From an uncultured Prevotella sp. (GTDB lineage: Bacteria; Bacteroidota; Bacteroidia; Bacteroidales; Bacteroidaceae), in the NCBI GenBank assembly GCA_947170265.1, contig CAMVSV010000010.1, positions 9,702 through 73,701 on the forward strand: a stretch of 64,000 nt of DNA, given 5' to 3'. Of this stretch, positions 1 to 10,491 are shown piece by piece. Position 1 is the first letter of the stretch, and each line of letters starts with the position of its first letter. The translations under genes and the position numbers were made by a program. The notes beneath the pieces are model-generated. The model was not told where the DNA came from and made no database searches. It saw nothing but the letters and a program-made list of their open reading frames with translations.

Positions 1-1195
1 CTATAAGTACCAAGACACATATCAACAGTGTCGCCACATTGAGTGCTATTATCAGCGGAGCATTCAATTCTACTGGCACTGTGTCTACATAGTATTTTGA
101 AGGGTCAAGCTCTATCAGTTGCGTATACTTCTGTATCAGCACCATGCCTATGCCCAGTACATTTCCTATCAACAATCCTTTACCAATGATAAAGACTGCA
201 AACCACAGGAAAATACTGCGTATCTGATTGTTTCTTGAACCAAGTGATTTCAATATACCTATCATCTGAGTCCTCTCAAGAATGATGATAAGCAATCCGG
301 AGATGATGGTAACACCCGCAACGGCGACCATCAACGCAAGTATTATCCATACATTAAGATCCATGAGATCGAGCCAGGAAAACAGTTGTGGATACATTTC
401 TATTATTGTTTGAGCTGCATAGGTGCCACCATACTTGTCCACCGTTTTGCTTACTTTCGCCAATACATTGTCGTAGGTAGCATTAAGTTTACTGAAATCG
501 TCCACCATCAGCTCAGCGCCGCTATACTGGTCAGCCTCCCATGAGTTTAGCTTGTTTGCTGTATAAATATCTGTAAGACAGATAACATCATCAAACTGCT
601 TCAAGTTAGTTTGATATATGCCAGTTATGGTAAACCTACGGGTTCTTACTCCCTGCTGATTTATGAAATAGGCAAACACCTTCTGACCGCTTTTTAGCCT
701 CAGCTTATCTGCCATCACCTTGGAGATTACTATCTTCTGGTGTCCAACCTTATCTGAGAATGCGGGTATATATCCCTCAATTAGGTTTTGATGAATAAAC
801 GTAGTGTCATACTCCGGGCCTATTCCCTTCAGCACTATCCCCAGGAAGTCTTTTTCCGTTTTTAATATTCCTTGCTTGCACGCATATCTTTGCACATGCT
901 TGACACCTTTGATAGACTTGAGGTTGGCAACCATTGAGTCTCCCATCTGTATAGGATACTGTTCGGCTGACTGAAGGGTCATGAAGTCAGCTACTGTTAT
1001 GTGGCTTCCAAAGCCAACCACCTTGTTTCTTATAGTGTGTTTGAAGCCCAAAACTACACAAACACTCGCAATCATCACAGCCAGTCCCACAGCTATACCC
1101 AAGGTAGCTATCCTTATTGCTGGCGTTGACACTTTTGCACTGCCCTCTTGGTTGAAATATATTTTTTTTGCAACAAATAGCGGTAGATTCATCAT
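1..1195 (-). CDS. FtsX-family ABC transporter permease (LolC/LolE-like); C-terminus runs off the window
   Basis: Absent from the ORF track because no stop lies in the window. My minus-strand translation from ATG at 1195 gives MMNLPLFVAKKIYFNQEGSAKVSTPAIRIATLGIAVGLAVMI... It has an N-terminal TM helix, a large loop, then an FtsX-type helix bundle (ILKSLGSRNNQIRSIFLWFAVFIIGKGLLIGNVLGIG). Confidence 0.7.
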   Translation of the reverse strand, partial: MMNLPLFVAKKIYFNQEGSAKVSTPAIRIATLGIAVGLAVMIASVCVVLGFKHTIRNKVVGFGSHITVADFMTLQSAEQYPIQMGDSMVANLKSIKGVKHVQRYACKQGILKTEKDFLGIVLKGIGPEYDTTFIHQNLIEGYIPAFSDKVGHQKIVISKVMADKLRLKSGQKVFAYFINQQGVRTRRFTITGIYQTNLKQFDDVICLTDIYTANKLNSWEADQYSGAELMVDDFSKLNATYDNVLAKVSKTVDKYGGTYAAQTIIEMYPQLFSWLDLMDLNVWIILALMVAVAGVTIISGLLIIILERTQMIGILKSLGSRNNQIRSIFLWFAVFIIGKGLLIGNVLGIGMVLIQKYTQLIELDPSKYYVDTVPVELNAPLIIALNVATLLICVLVLI

Positions 1196-1451
1196 TCTGT
1201 TATCGTGTGATTATTCCCATGCCTTCACTGGCAAGCCTATCGCTTGTCAGACTAATACTTGCAAAGGTAGTGAAAATTTCATTAATTACCCATTTCATCA
1301 TATTATTTTAGACTCCATGAGGGCATTAATAGCTGATTGCAAGGCTTTCCAACGTTGTATAAACATCATTCTCACCTAAGCTTTCGTTGCACTATGTTTA
1401 AAGAAATGACACAGCGAGTTTCATTGTCATCATCACAGTTCATGTCTGTGC

Positions 1452-1487
1452 AAAAAAAATAGAGGATGCAAATTTCTCCACATCCTC
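1452..1487 (-). terminator. Rho-independent terminator downstream of the acidic-tail protein gene
   Basis: 7-bp stem GAGGATG(1462-1468)/CATCCTC(1481-1487). On the minus strand it is followed by a T8 run (A-run 1452-1459 on plus). Confidence 0.55.
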
Positions 1488-1530
1488 CATCTATAATTAA
1501 AATATGTATTTTCCTTACAACAATACAAGT

Positions 1531-2352
1531 TTAGTAATCATCGTCGTCAGCCACTCCTTCGGCTGCCAGCTCCAAATCTTCCGGATCTGTCTCGAATGTC
1601 GTACGGTAGCTTTCTTCTGTCAGTTTTTCTTCATCAAACTCATCATCGTCATCTTCGTCAGAGTCGTTGTAGTGGTCGTCATCGTCAAGCATGTCATCAT
1701 CGTCATCTTCAATGTCTTCCCTGTCATCTTCCTCAATGTCGACATTCTCCTCTACATCTCTCTTTGGAATCTCCATCTCAGGTTTTTCCTTTACAAAGAT
1801 GGCTTCCACCCATAATCCTTTGGGTATTTCAAGCACTTCATAGCCATCCTCTATCTTCTTCTCATACAAGCCTCCCTTTTTCTTGAGTCTGTTTTGTGGA
1901 AGCGTTGTGGTACTGATGTCAAATCCACTTTCTATTATGTCCCTGATGCTTTGAGGAATTGACTCCCATCCTCCCCCAAAGTTCCTGTCAAGCACTTCTA
2001 TCAGCTTCACTGCTGATATGTGGTGGATGTTTTCATATGTAAGGTCGGTAATTCTCAATATTGGTTTCTTCTTAATGGCCCATTTAATCTTTGTGTTTTC
2101 ATCCAACCTCACTTGAGCAATCTTACAATCTCTTGCCTCATATTTCTTTATCACCTCTGGTCTGTCAACCAAGACTTCCTCAACCGAAAAAGCACTTTTT
2201 ATCACATCAAGATAATGGCGCATGTTATCTCTGAGATCGGCATCTTTTTCTGCAGCAGCCCACATCCTTACAATGTCATTCTCTTGTACATCCCAGACAT
2301 TGCTTTTGTTGAGGGTTTTAAGTGTTAGTGTCTTCTTATTAGTTTGCTTCAT
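1531..2352 (-). CDS. Hypothetical protein with a long poly-acidic C-terminal tail
   Basis: 273-aa ORF. About 195 aa are globular, followed by a tail of about 75 aa dominated by D/E (DIEEDDREDIEDDDDDMLDDDDHYNDSDEDDDDEFDEE...). A TACTTTTG -7-like box lies on the minus strand at 2375-2382. Confidence 0.6.
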   Translation of the reverse strand: MKQTNKKTLTLKTLNKSNVWDVQENDIVRMWAAAEKDADLRDNMRHYLDVIKSAFSVEEVLVDRPEVIKKYEARDCKIAQVRLDENTKIKWAIKKKPILRITDLTYENIHHISAVKLIEVLDRNFGGGWESIPQSIRDIIESGFDISTTTLPQNRLKKKGGLYEKKIEDGYEVLEIPKGLWVEAIFVKEKPEMEIPKRDVEENVDIEEDDREDIEDDDDDMLDDDDHYNDSDEDDDDEFDEEKLTEESYRTTFETDPEDLELAAEGVADDDDY

Positions 2353-2523
2353 GTTCTTTACTCTTTTGTGTGTGCAAAAGTATATACTTTGAATTTATCT
2401 CACAACTTTTTACCTAAGATTTTTGACAATGTATTGTTTTAAAGCTTTAACTTTTCTTTTAATCGGGAATTTAATGTAATTTTGTGGATTATAAAATGTA
2501 TGCTTCCATAAATCCCATGAGCT

Positions 2524-3795
2524 ATGCAACCGTTAGCAGAAAGACTAAGACCAAAAAAGCTTGACGACTATATTGGCCAGCGCCATATAGTAGGCGAAGG
2601 TGCTATCTTGCGAAGAATGATTGAGGCCAAGCACATACCATCATTCATCCTTTGGGGACCGCCGGGCGTTGGCAAGACCACCTTGGCGCAGATTATTGCC
2701 AATCAGCTTGAAACACCATTCTACACGCTCAGTGCGGTAACATCTGGAGTGAAGGATGTTCGTGACGTGATACAGAAGGCACAGAACAACCGTTTCTTTC
2801 AGTCCTCATCTCCCATTCTCTTCATTGACGAGATACATCGGTTTTCCAAATCCCAGCAAGACTCTCTATTGGCAGCTGTGGAAAAAGGAATAGTGACACT
2901 CATCGGTGCCACTACCGAGAATCCATCGTTTGAGGTCATACGTCCCCTGCTCTCTCGTTGTCAGCTATACGTCTTGAAAGCATTGGAACGCGACGACCTA
3001 CTTCTCCTGCTACACCGTGCCATCACCACTGACGTGGAGCTAAAGAAAAAGAACATAGAGCTGAAGGAATCATCGGCTCTCATCAGATATAGCGGTGGTG
3101 ATGCCCGCAAACTTCTCAACATACTGGAACTGGTGGTTGGTTCCGACGATAACGACAACATAGTAATAACCAATTCCCTGGTGGAAGAACGACTCCAGCA
3201 AAACCCTTTGGCTTACGACAAAGACGGTGAGATGCACTACGACATCATCTCCGCCTTCATAAAGAGCATAAGGGGAAGCGACCCCGATGCAGCCCTCTAC
3301 TGGATGGCACGCATGATAGAAGGCGGTGAAGACCCCAAATTCATAGCTCGACGAATGGTGATAAGTGCTGCTGAAGACATAGGGTTGGCTAATCCAAACG
3401 CTCTGTTGCTTGCCAATGCAGCATTTGAAACGGTCATGAAGATTGGATGGCCAGAAGGCAGGATACCGTTGGCTGAATGTGCCGTCTACCTCGCCACCAG
3501 CCCGAAGAGCAACTCTGCCTATCTCGCCATTGACGCCGCCTTGGCTGAAGTAAGGAAAAGCGGCAACCAGCCTGTGCCCCTGCACCTGCGCAATGCTCCC
3601 ACATCCATGATGAAAGAGCTGGGTTACAGCGACGGCTACGCCTATCCTCACGACTACCCTGGGCATTTCACTCCACAGCAATATCTTCCCGATACCCTTA
3701 AGGATATGAGGTTTTGGCATGCACAACACAGTCCTTCCGAAGAGAAGATGTACAAATGGATGAACACCTGTTGGGGTGACAGGTTTAAAGATTGA
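2524..3795 (+). CDS. rarA: Replication-associated recombination protein A (AAA+ ATPase, MgsA/RarA)
   Basis: 423 aa. Walker A GPPGVGKTT, Walker B LFIDEIHRF, and a MgsA C-terminal region (ISAFIKSIRGSDPDAALYWMARM). Confidence 0.9.
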   Translation: MQPLAERLRPKKLDDYIGQRHIVGEGAILRRMIEAKHIPSFILWGPPGVGKTTLAQIIANQLETPFYTLSAVTSGVKDVRDVIQKAQNNRFFQSSSPILFIDEIHRFSKSQQDSLLAAVEKGIVTLIGATTENPSFEVIRPLLSRCQLYVLKALERDDLLLLLHRAITTDVELKKKNIELKESSALIRYSGGDARKLLNILELVVGSDDNDNIVITNSLVEERLQQNPLAYDKDGEMHYDIISAFIKSIRGSDPDAALYWMARMIEGGEDPKFIARRMVISAAEDIGLANPNALLLANAAFETVMKIGWPEGRIPLAECAVYLATSPKSNSAYLAIDAALAEVRKSGNQPVPLHLRNAPTSMMKELGYSDGYAYPHDYPGHFTPQQYLPDTLKDMRFWHAQHSPSEEKMYKWMNTCWGDRFKD

Positions 3796-3859
3796 CTCCA
3801 AGGCTACGATATGGGCACACACGCCATCAATAGGTTTAATTTCAAACGATACAACAATC

Positions 3860-4819
3860 ATGAAGATACTGATTTTAGACGGATACACCGCAAACCCTGG
3901 CGACCTCAGCTGGGACGGCTTTCGCAAGATAGGCGATATTGAGATATACGACAGGACATCACAACAAGAGCTGTTCAATAGAAACAGCGATGCCGATGCT
4001 ATCCTTACCAACAAGGTTGTAATGGGTAAGGCACAAATCGACCATTTTCCCAACCTCAAATACATCGGTGTATTGGCTACGGGCTACAACGTCGTAGATC
4101 TTGAATACTCACGGGAGCGAGGTATAACCGTCACCAATATCCCTGCCTATAGCACAGAGAGTGTGGCTCAGATGGTGTTTGCACATATACTCGCCATAAC
4201 CAACAGGGTTGAACACTATGCCAACGACAACCGTACTAACCAGCGATGGAGCTCAAGTGCCGACTTTTCCTATTTCGACACGCCCATACATGAGCTTTCC
4301 GGCAAGACCATGGGCATCGTTGGTTTCGGAAACATCGGCAGTAGCGTAGCTCGTATCGCCGCCGCATTCGGCATGAAAGTTCTGGTGTGGTCAAGCAAGA
4401 AAGCAGAAGACTTGCCACAACATGTCGCCAAAGCCTCCTTCAGTGAACTTCTGCATGAGAGCCATATACTCACACTTCATTGTCCGCTTACCAATGACAC
4501 ACATCACCTCATAAACGATGCTACGCTCAAGGAGATGCGTCAGGGAGCGATACTTATCAATACCGGACGGGGACCTTTGGTTGACGAAGAAGCTGTGGCT
4601 GCAGCACTCAACAGCGGGAAGCTTAGTGCTTATGGTGCCGACGTAATGACTGTTGAGCCCCCAACTCCAGACTCCGCATTGCTTTCCCACCCTCATGCGT
4701 TCATCACCCCACATATAGCATGGGCAAGCGTAGAGGCACGACAAAGGCTAATAGACATTGCACTCTCCAACCTCCTTGCTTTCATCAATGGGAAACCTGT
4801 AAACGTGGTTTCCAAATAA
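3860..4819 (+). CDS. NAD-dependent D-isomer 2-hydroxyacid dehydrogenase (glycerate dehydrogenase-like)
   Basis: The ORF track starts at 3776 inside rarA. I prefer ATG 3860 (MKILILDGY). NAD motif GFGNIGSSVARIA; C-terminal ITPHIAWAS catalytic His motif. Confidence 0.8.
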   Translation: MKILILDGYTANPGDLSWDGFRKIGDIEIYDRTSQQELFNRNSDADAILTNKVVMGKAQIDHFPNLKYIGVLATGYNVVDLEYSRERGITVTNIPAYSTESVAQMVFAHILAITNRVEHYANDNRTNQRWSSSADFSYFDTPIHELSGKTMGIVGFGNIGSSVARIAAAFGMKVLVWSSKKAEDLPQHVAKASFSELLHESHILTLHCPLTNDTHHLINDATLKEMRQGAILINTGRGPLVDEEAVAAALNSGKLSAYGADVMTVEPPTPDSALLSHPHAFITPHIAWASVEARQRLIDIALSNLLAFINGKPVNVVSK

Positions 4820-4832
4820 ACAAATAACCAAC

Positions 4833-4874
4833 AAAAAAACACACTATGCGAGTTTTCTGCATAGTGTGTTTTTT
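4833..4874. terminator. Bidirectional terminator between convergent dehydrogenase and glyA genes
   Basis: Perfect 10-bp stem CACACTATGC(4840-4849)/GCATAGTGTG(4859-4868), flanked by an A7 run upstream and a T-run downstream. Confidence 0.7.
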
Positions 4875-4890
4875 ATATTATTCCCTTATT

Positions 4891-6171
4891 TTACCAAGCA
4901 AAGAGAGGATAATCCTTCATTGTGGTGTTAACCTTCTCTCTTACAGCTGCGATAACTTTATCGTCCTCTGGTGCGTTGAGCACTTGTTCTATGAGCTCTG
5001 CAATGAGAAGCATCATGTCCTCCTTGGCACCACGGGTAGTGATAGCAGCCGTACCCAGACGTATGCCGCTGGTCTGGAAAGCCGAACGGCTGTCGAAGGG
5101 CACCATATTCTTGTTGGCTGTGATATCAGCTGCTACAAGTGCATTCTCTGCTACCTTTCCTGTCAGGTCTGGATACTTGCTTCTGAGGTCTACGAGCATT
5201 GAGTGGTTGTCGGTGCCACCACTCACGATATTGAAGCCTCGGCTGATAAGTTCGTTTGCAAGAACTGACGCATTTTTCTTCACCTGAGTGGCATACTCCT
5301 TCCATGATGGCTCAAGGTTCTCACCGAATGCCACTGCCTTTGCAGCAATGACGTGCTCGAGCGGTCCGCCCTGCTGACCTGGGAAGACGGCAGAGTTGAG
5401 CAGTGAGCTCATCTTCCTCACTTCACCCTTCTTTGTTGTTATGCCCCATGGGTTGTCAAAGTCCTTACCCAAGAGGATGATACCGCCTCTCGGACCTCTG
5501 AGGGTCTTATGAGTGGTGGAAGTCACAATATGTGCATATTTCAGCGGGTTGTCAAGCAGCCCGGCAGCAATGAGTCCGGCAGGGTGTGCCATATCAATCA
5601 TGAGAAGAGCACCCACAGAGTCAGCGATTGCTCTCATGCGCTTGTAGTCCCATTCGCGGCTATATGCCGAGCCACCGCCGATAATCAGTTTCGGTCTGTG
5701 TTGCTGGGCAAGCTTCTCCATCTCGTCATAGTCCACGCGTCCAGTTTCCTTGTTCAGGTTGTAGCCAACAGGATTATAGAGAATACCACTAGTGTTTACC
5801 AGCGAGCCGTGAGAGAGATGGCCACCATGGTCAAGGTTCAGTCCCATGAAAGTGTCACCGGGCTTCAGCACCGTGAGCAACACTGCTGCGTTGGCTTGTG
5901 CTCCAGAGTGAGGTTGCACATTGGCATACTCAGCATTAAACAGCTTGCATACCCTGTCAATGGCGAGCTGTTCCACCTTGTCCACCACCTGGCAGCCGCC
6001 ATAGTAGCGGTGTCCTGGATAACCTTCTGCATACTTGTTGGTAAGATAAGAGCCCATAGCCTTCATCACCTCGTCGCTAACGAAGTTCTCACTTGCTATG
6101 AGTTCCATACCTTTGAGCTGTCTTTGATGTTCCTGCTCAATAAGATCGAAAATAACGTTGTCTGTTCTCAT
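4891..6171 (-). CDS. glyA: Serine hydroxymethyltransferase
   Basis: 426 aa. ELIASENF N-terminal motif and PLP-lysine motif [14 protein letters not shown]. Confidence 0.95.
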   Translation of the reverse strand: MRTDNVIFDLIEQEHQRQLKGMELIASENFVSDEVMKAMGSYLTNKYAEGYPGHRYYGGCQVVDKVEQLAIDRVCKLFNAEYANVQPHSGAQANAAVLLTVLKPGDTFMGLNLDHGGHLSHGSLVNTSGILYNPVGYNLNKETGRVDYDEMEKLAQQHRPKLIIGGGSAYSREWDYKRMRAIADSVGALLMIDMAHPAGLIAAGLLDNPLKYAHIVTSTTHKTLRGPRGGIILLGKDFDNPWGITTKKGEVRKMSSLLNSAVFPGQQGGPLEHVIAAKAVAFGENLEPSWKEYATQVKKNASVLANELISRGFNIVSGGTDNHSMLVDLRSKYPDLTGKVAENALVAADITANKNMVPFDSRSAFQTSGIRLGTAAITTRGAKEDMMLLIAELIEQVLNAPEDDKVIAAVREKVNTTMKDYPLFAW

Positions 6172-6210
6172 ATTGTGTAATGGTTTTATTATCCTTCTTC
6201 CTTATGTCTG

Positions 6211-6666
6211 TCAGCAGAGCTCCACACTGTTCATATCCTGCTCCTTATCGCAGTAATGGCATTTGCAAATTCCTTTTTCCTTGTCTACAATGTGAAACAC
6301 GGTACTCATCGGTTCATTGTTGGTTATGCAAACTGGATTGTTGCATTTGATAATGCCACGGAGCTCATCTGGCGTCTCCACCGTTTTTTTCTCCACCACC
6401 TCATAGTTGTGTATGATATTGAGCACCACCTTGGGAGCAACCACACTCAACTGCGAAATCTCATTGTCGGTAAAGAATTTGTCTGACACCTTTATGATGC
6501 CCTTCATCTTCACCTTCTCCGACGGATAGTTGTAGCCTATTGTCACCGGAGTGCATAAGCTTTCAAGATGCAACAAGCTTGCCACTTGAAAAGTCTTGTC
6601 GGCAGGAATATGGTCTATCACCGTACCGTTTTCTATTGCTGCTACGAGCATTTCCTTTTTTGCCAT
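6211..6666 (-). CDS. pyrI: Aspartate carbamoyltransferase regulatory subunit
   Basis: 151 aa, immediately downstream of pyrB. C-terminal Zn cluster CNNPVCITN...CKCHYC. Confidence 0.9.
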   Translation of the reverse strand: MAKKEMLVAAIENGTVIDHIPADKTFQVASLLHLESLCTPVTIGYNYPSEKVKMKGIIKVSDKFFTDNEISQLSVVAPKVVLNIIHNYEVVEKKTVETPDELRGIIKCNNPVCITNNEPMSTVFHIVDKEKGICKCHYCDKEQDMNSVELC

Positions 6667-6686
6667 GATGCGTGTCGTTTCTGTTA

Positions 6687-7631
6687 TTATAATATGGTGG
6701 TATCTTTGCGTATCTCGTCAAGTGTTATGCCAAGACAGTAGCAGAATATGGCTTGGCGGGCATATAGACCGTTACGAGCCTGTTGTATATAGTATGCGTG
6801 TGGGTCTTCATCCACGTCGTATGCTATCTCGTTCACCCTTGGCAGCGGGTGCAGTATGCGCATGTTGGGCTTGGCTTTGTCAAGCATGGAGGCACGCAGT
6901 ATATAGACGTTCTTAACCCTTTCAAACTCCATAAGGTCGGAGAAGCGTTCCTTCTGCACCCTGGTCATATAAATGATGTCGGCATCAGCTATAACCTTTT
7001 CGTTGAAGGCTGTATGTTCCTGATACTTTATGTTGTGCTCATCACAGAAAAGCTTGTATTCCTTTGGCATGGCCAACTCCTTGGGAGCCACGAAATGGAA
7101 TGTGGGGTTGAAGTGGCGCATGGCCATGATGAGCGAGTGAACGGTGCGTCCGTACTTCAGGTCGCCCACAAGGTAGATATTCAGGTTCTCAAGCGTTCCT
7201 TGTGTCTTGTATATGGAGTAGAGGTCAAGCATGCACTGGGAAGGATGTTGATGTGCTCCGTCTCCGGCGTTGATGATTGGTATGGGTGCCACCTCGCTGG
7301 CATACTGAGCAGCACCCTCTATGTAGTGGCGCATGGCAATGGCATCAGCATAGTTAGATACCATGAGTATGGTGTCTTTCAGCGTCTCACCCTTTGTTCC
7401 GCTGGTAATCTTCGGGTCTGCAAAGCCTATAACCCTTGCACCGAGGCGATTGGCAGCAGTTTCAAAACTCAGACGAGTGCGTGTTGACGGTTCGAAAAAA
7501 AGAGTTGCCACCACCTTACCCTTGAGCAACTCTCTGTTTGGATGCTTCTCAAACTCCTGCGCCATCTCTATGAGATACATTATCTTCTCTCTCGACAGGC
7601 TTTCAATGTTCACGAAATTATGTTTGTCCAT
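6687..7631 (-). CDS. pyrB: Aspartate carbamoyltransferase catalytic subunit
   Basis: 314 aa. Motifs [19 protein letters not shown] and HPLPRV. Confidence 0.95.
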   Translation of the reverse strand: MDKHNFVNIESLSREKIMYLIEMAQEFEKHPNRELLKGKVVATLFFEPSTRTRLSFETAANRLGARVIGFADPKITSGTKGETLKDTILMVSNYADAIAMRHYIEGAAQYASEVAPIPIINAGDGAHQHPSQCMLDLYSIYKTQGTLENLNIYLVGDLKYGRTVHSLIMAMRHFNPTFHFVAPKELAMPKEYKLFCDEHNIKYQEHTAFNEKVIADADIIYMTRVQKERFSDLMEFERVKNVYILRASMLDKAKPNMRILHPLPRVNEIAYDVDEDPHAYYIQQARNGLYARQAIFCYCLGITLDEIRKDTTIL

Positions 7632-7919
7632 ACCTCGGCATATTGTTATTTGCGACTGCGAAGTTACGCATTTTTTTTAAATTATCCGTAATACCGTATC
7701 ATTTTATGCCAACCTTGTATTAAATTAACATTATTCCCTTGAAACTTTCAAAGATATTCTTGAAACTAAAGGTGAGGTCTGTTAATTCGCTTTGCCATTA
7801 TTTCATCTCATGGAGCATTTTCACTACATACTCCATCCAAATGGATCAGATAAATTCCTTTGTTCAAATCTTTCACCATGTTGCCGTTCCGTCGGGATGG
7901 TACACAGTCGTCCCCCTGT

Positions 7920-8282
7920 TCACATTTCCCTCCATAAACTAAAAATATTCAAATGGTCAAGTATTAATAGAATACCAGCAATAATAGCACCAATAGCAGC
8001 AATCCATCCTCTAGTATGCATACCTGACACATCTCCTCCACCAGCCTTAGGGCTTCTTCTCATATAATCATACCAAACTATTCCAAATATAAGGACATTT
8101 ATACCATCCAAGGCATTTTTATAAATTCCTATACATCCAGAAATCAATATACATATACCTATAGTGATAATTAGTGTTTGCACTATTATACCTTTCTTTG
8201 CTTTATAGTATTTACAATATCTATATAATACCATAATACCTGCTACGATAGCTAAAGTACCCGCTAAAAAATTCTGATTCAT
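7920..8282 (-). CDS. Small integral membrane protein (about 4 TM), unknown function; candidate orphan immunity protein
   Basis: 120-aa ORF with ATG start and four hydrophobic segments. It is the last gene of the AT-rich islet. Confidence 0.45.
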   Translation of the reverse strand: MNQNFLAGTLAIVAGIMVLYRYCKYYKAKKGIIVQTLIITIGICILISGCIGIYKNALDGINVLIFGIVWYDYMRRSPKAGGGDVSGMHTRGWIAAIGAIIAGILLILDHLNIFSLWREM

Positions 8283-8348
8283 ACTATTTTGTCTGTTCTT
8301 CTTGACTATCTTGTTTTTTTCTTTCTATTTTTTCATGGCTATGGAAGT

Positions 8349-8861
8349 TTATGGTTCAAGAAATTCATCGTTTTTTTTAAGACACAAATGAGTAGAATCA
8401 TTATCAAGGTACACATAAGAATCTGTTGTATAGCCATGAGTCCCACTTTTATATGTTTTAAACGAAACTTTGTATTTACCGTGTAAAGCATGTGGATAAG
8501 CATCTATCAATATAGAATCTGGATTGGAAGATAGAACTTTCCAACGATACCCAAACAGCGACATCTTTTTATTTACATAGGAATTGAAGTTAGGAAGACT
8601 TATATAATCGTCATGTATTTGTATTGTCACGACGACTATTTCTTGTAAAATAATTTCAAAAGACCGATATATTTGTGACGAATCCAAGATAATTTGGTAA
8701 TCCCCCTGCAACTTATTATAGACAGGAGATTGTGCTAACCTATATCTGCCTGAGCATTCATAAGCCCCTGTAGCAAGAACTACAAATAAAATGACAAATA
8801 ATAACGCCTGAAACAATTTATTTTTCAATAAAAGGTTTAAATTTATTAGTTTTCGCATCAT
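8349..8861 (-). CDS. Hypothetical exported/anchored protein
   Basis: 170-aa ORF starting ATGATG, with an N-terminal hydrophobic segment LFQALLFVILFVVLATGAY. I recognise no family. Confidence 0.45.
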   Translation of the reverse strand: MMRKLINLNLLLKNKLFQALLFVILFVVLATGAYECSGRYRLAQSPVYNKLQGDYQIILDSSQIYRSFEIILQEIVVVTIQIHDDYISLPNFNSYVNKKMSLFGYRWKVLSSNPDSILIDAYPHALHGKYKVSFKTYKSGTHGYTTDSYVYLDNDSTHLCLKKNDEFLEP

Positions 8862-9216
8862 ACCTTCCTTCTTTATACAATATTTTCTTTCCTATGTTTT
8901 CTACATATCTATTATTTGCAATATTTTCACCTTGAAAAACATAATTGACTATAGCTCCCCACATTTTGGAGTCAACCTTATATTTTCAGGAATTAAAGAT
9001 GCATTTTTTATTACAGCATCCATTGATGATTTTAATGATTTCATTTGCTTCTCTAAAGCATTCCTATCCCATATATTTGAAAGCATCACATATTGATCCA
9101 AAACAGCAATTGCAAAATCAAACAAAAGCATAGCACCAGCACTTTTAGCTCCTTTTACAGAACTAATACTTTTTGGTTTAAATCTCCTGTCAGAACCATC
9201 CCCTGTTCATTATGCT

Positions 9217-9669
9217 TTATTTCATTTCGTATTCAGTATACATTGTTTCGAAAATTTCATCTTTCCAAGGGTAGTATTTTATAGGAATGTAGAGTCTTTC
9301 TTTGAAAATAATAAGTGGACCAGAAGTTTCACCAGTGAGTTTATATACAAGGCTTTTCTTTTTGTCAATTAGTTTTCTGTAATATATCCATGGAGCTACC
9401 ATAAGATTGAAAGATTTTAAATAATAAATAGATGTGTCACTTGGGGTGACAAGCAATAGGTCATCCGAAATTACAGTATCATTATCATTCTCAATGGTCA
9501 TATATGCGGGTTCTTTAAATGCCGCTGCATATAAAACGGATTTTACACTATCTGGAAGTTCGTAATATGTTATTTTTCTACTCTTCAGCATCCAAAGTCT
9601 ATAATCACAAGAACTAAAAATAATGCAAATAAGAATAAAGGATAAAATCAAAACGAAGATTTTTTTCAT
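9217..9669 (-). CDS. Hypothetical lipoprotein
   Basis: 150-aa ORF. Signal peptide plus lipobox-like ICIIFSSC. Confidence 0.5.
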   Translation of the reverse strand: MKKIFVLILSFILICIIFSSCDYRLWMLKSRKITYYELPDSVKSVLYAAAFKEPAYMTIENDNDTVISDDLLLVTPSDTSIYYLKSFNLMVAPWIYYRKLIDKKKSLVYKLTGETSGPLIIFKERLYIPIKYYPWKDEIFETMYTEYEMK

Positions 9670-9759
9670 TTTCTCTCCTCCTTTTTAATTTTGTTTATCC
9701 AATCATTCTCCATATTTGAAAATAATCTGGATTGATATTCACATTATATTTAGAAGAAC

Positions 9760-10491
9760 TCAAACGCATGTTTCTCCGATATTTGTGTTTTGGGGGTGAC
9801 TATGCAGATAAAAACCTTGCCTCTTGTTCTGAATCTGATTTCGCTTTACTAACTCCGCAATAAAGCCTAACAGAGCTATTGCCTCTTCCTTATTGTATTG
9901 TCTGTCTTTAATAGTAGTAATTATAGAATTGGGGAAATCATCCCTTTTTCCAACAATCTCTATTGCCGTTTTATTTATCGATTCAATATTTTTAATTTTA
10001 GTTTTATAATATTCCTCTTTTTCTAATTCATTATGAAGATCAGGCGTTTCAATGGCTGAGTTGTGAGCACCATAGTTTAATCCGTATTCTTCATATATAT
10101 ACAATGACAATCCAACTAAAACACTATCTGTGTCTGCAGAACTAAGTTTTAAAGACGAAATAAAATTACATGTCTCTTCTATAACTCTAACAGGATCCTC
10201 AAAACCTATATTTTCTAAAGAGTATGGAACTTCTTTATACAGTATAAACATTCTATTCGAATAATGTGGACGATAACTTAAACGAAAAGAATATACTCCA
10301 TCATGTTTACTTTCATTAATCTTCGATAAATTAACGATAGTAGAATGTTCTTTTATCCCAATATTATACATATGATGAATCTTAGACAATACTTTTTTAG
10401 GTAAACAAGCATTAGTTCTATAATTTTGTCCATTAATATTTAGACAAAAATAAAGTGTAAGAAGCAATAAGCTCATATTATTTTTCATCAT
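9760..10491 (-). CDS. Hypothetical secreted protein; candidate cognate immunity protein of the Rhs-CT toxin
   Basis: 243 aa with a signal peptide (MSLLLLTLYFCLNINGQ). Its start overlaps the stop of the upstream Rhs-CT ORF by 14 nt (10478-10491). Confidence 0.5.
   Translation of the reverse strand: MMKNNMSLLLLTLYFCLNINGQNYRTNACLPKKVLSKIHHMYNIGIKEHSTIVNLSKINESKHDGVYSFRLSYRPHYSNRMFILYKEVPYSLENIGFEDPVRVIEETCNFISSLKLSSADTDSVLVGLSLYIYEEYGLNYGAHNSAIETPDLHNELEKEEYYKTKIKNIESINKTAIEIVGKRDDFPNSIITTIKDRQYNKEEAIALLGFIAELVKRNQIQNKRQGFYLHSHPQNTNIGETCV

Noticed and set aside
8949-9131. 60-aa ORF (MLLFDFAIAVLDQ...) between two islet genes
   Set aside because: The open frame extends upstream without any start codon and I recognise no family. 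It is mentioned only as a possible decayed tip, not annotated as a gene.
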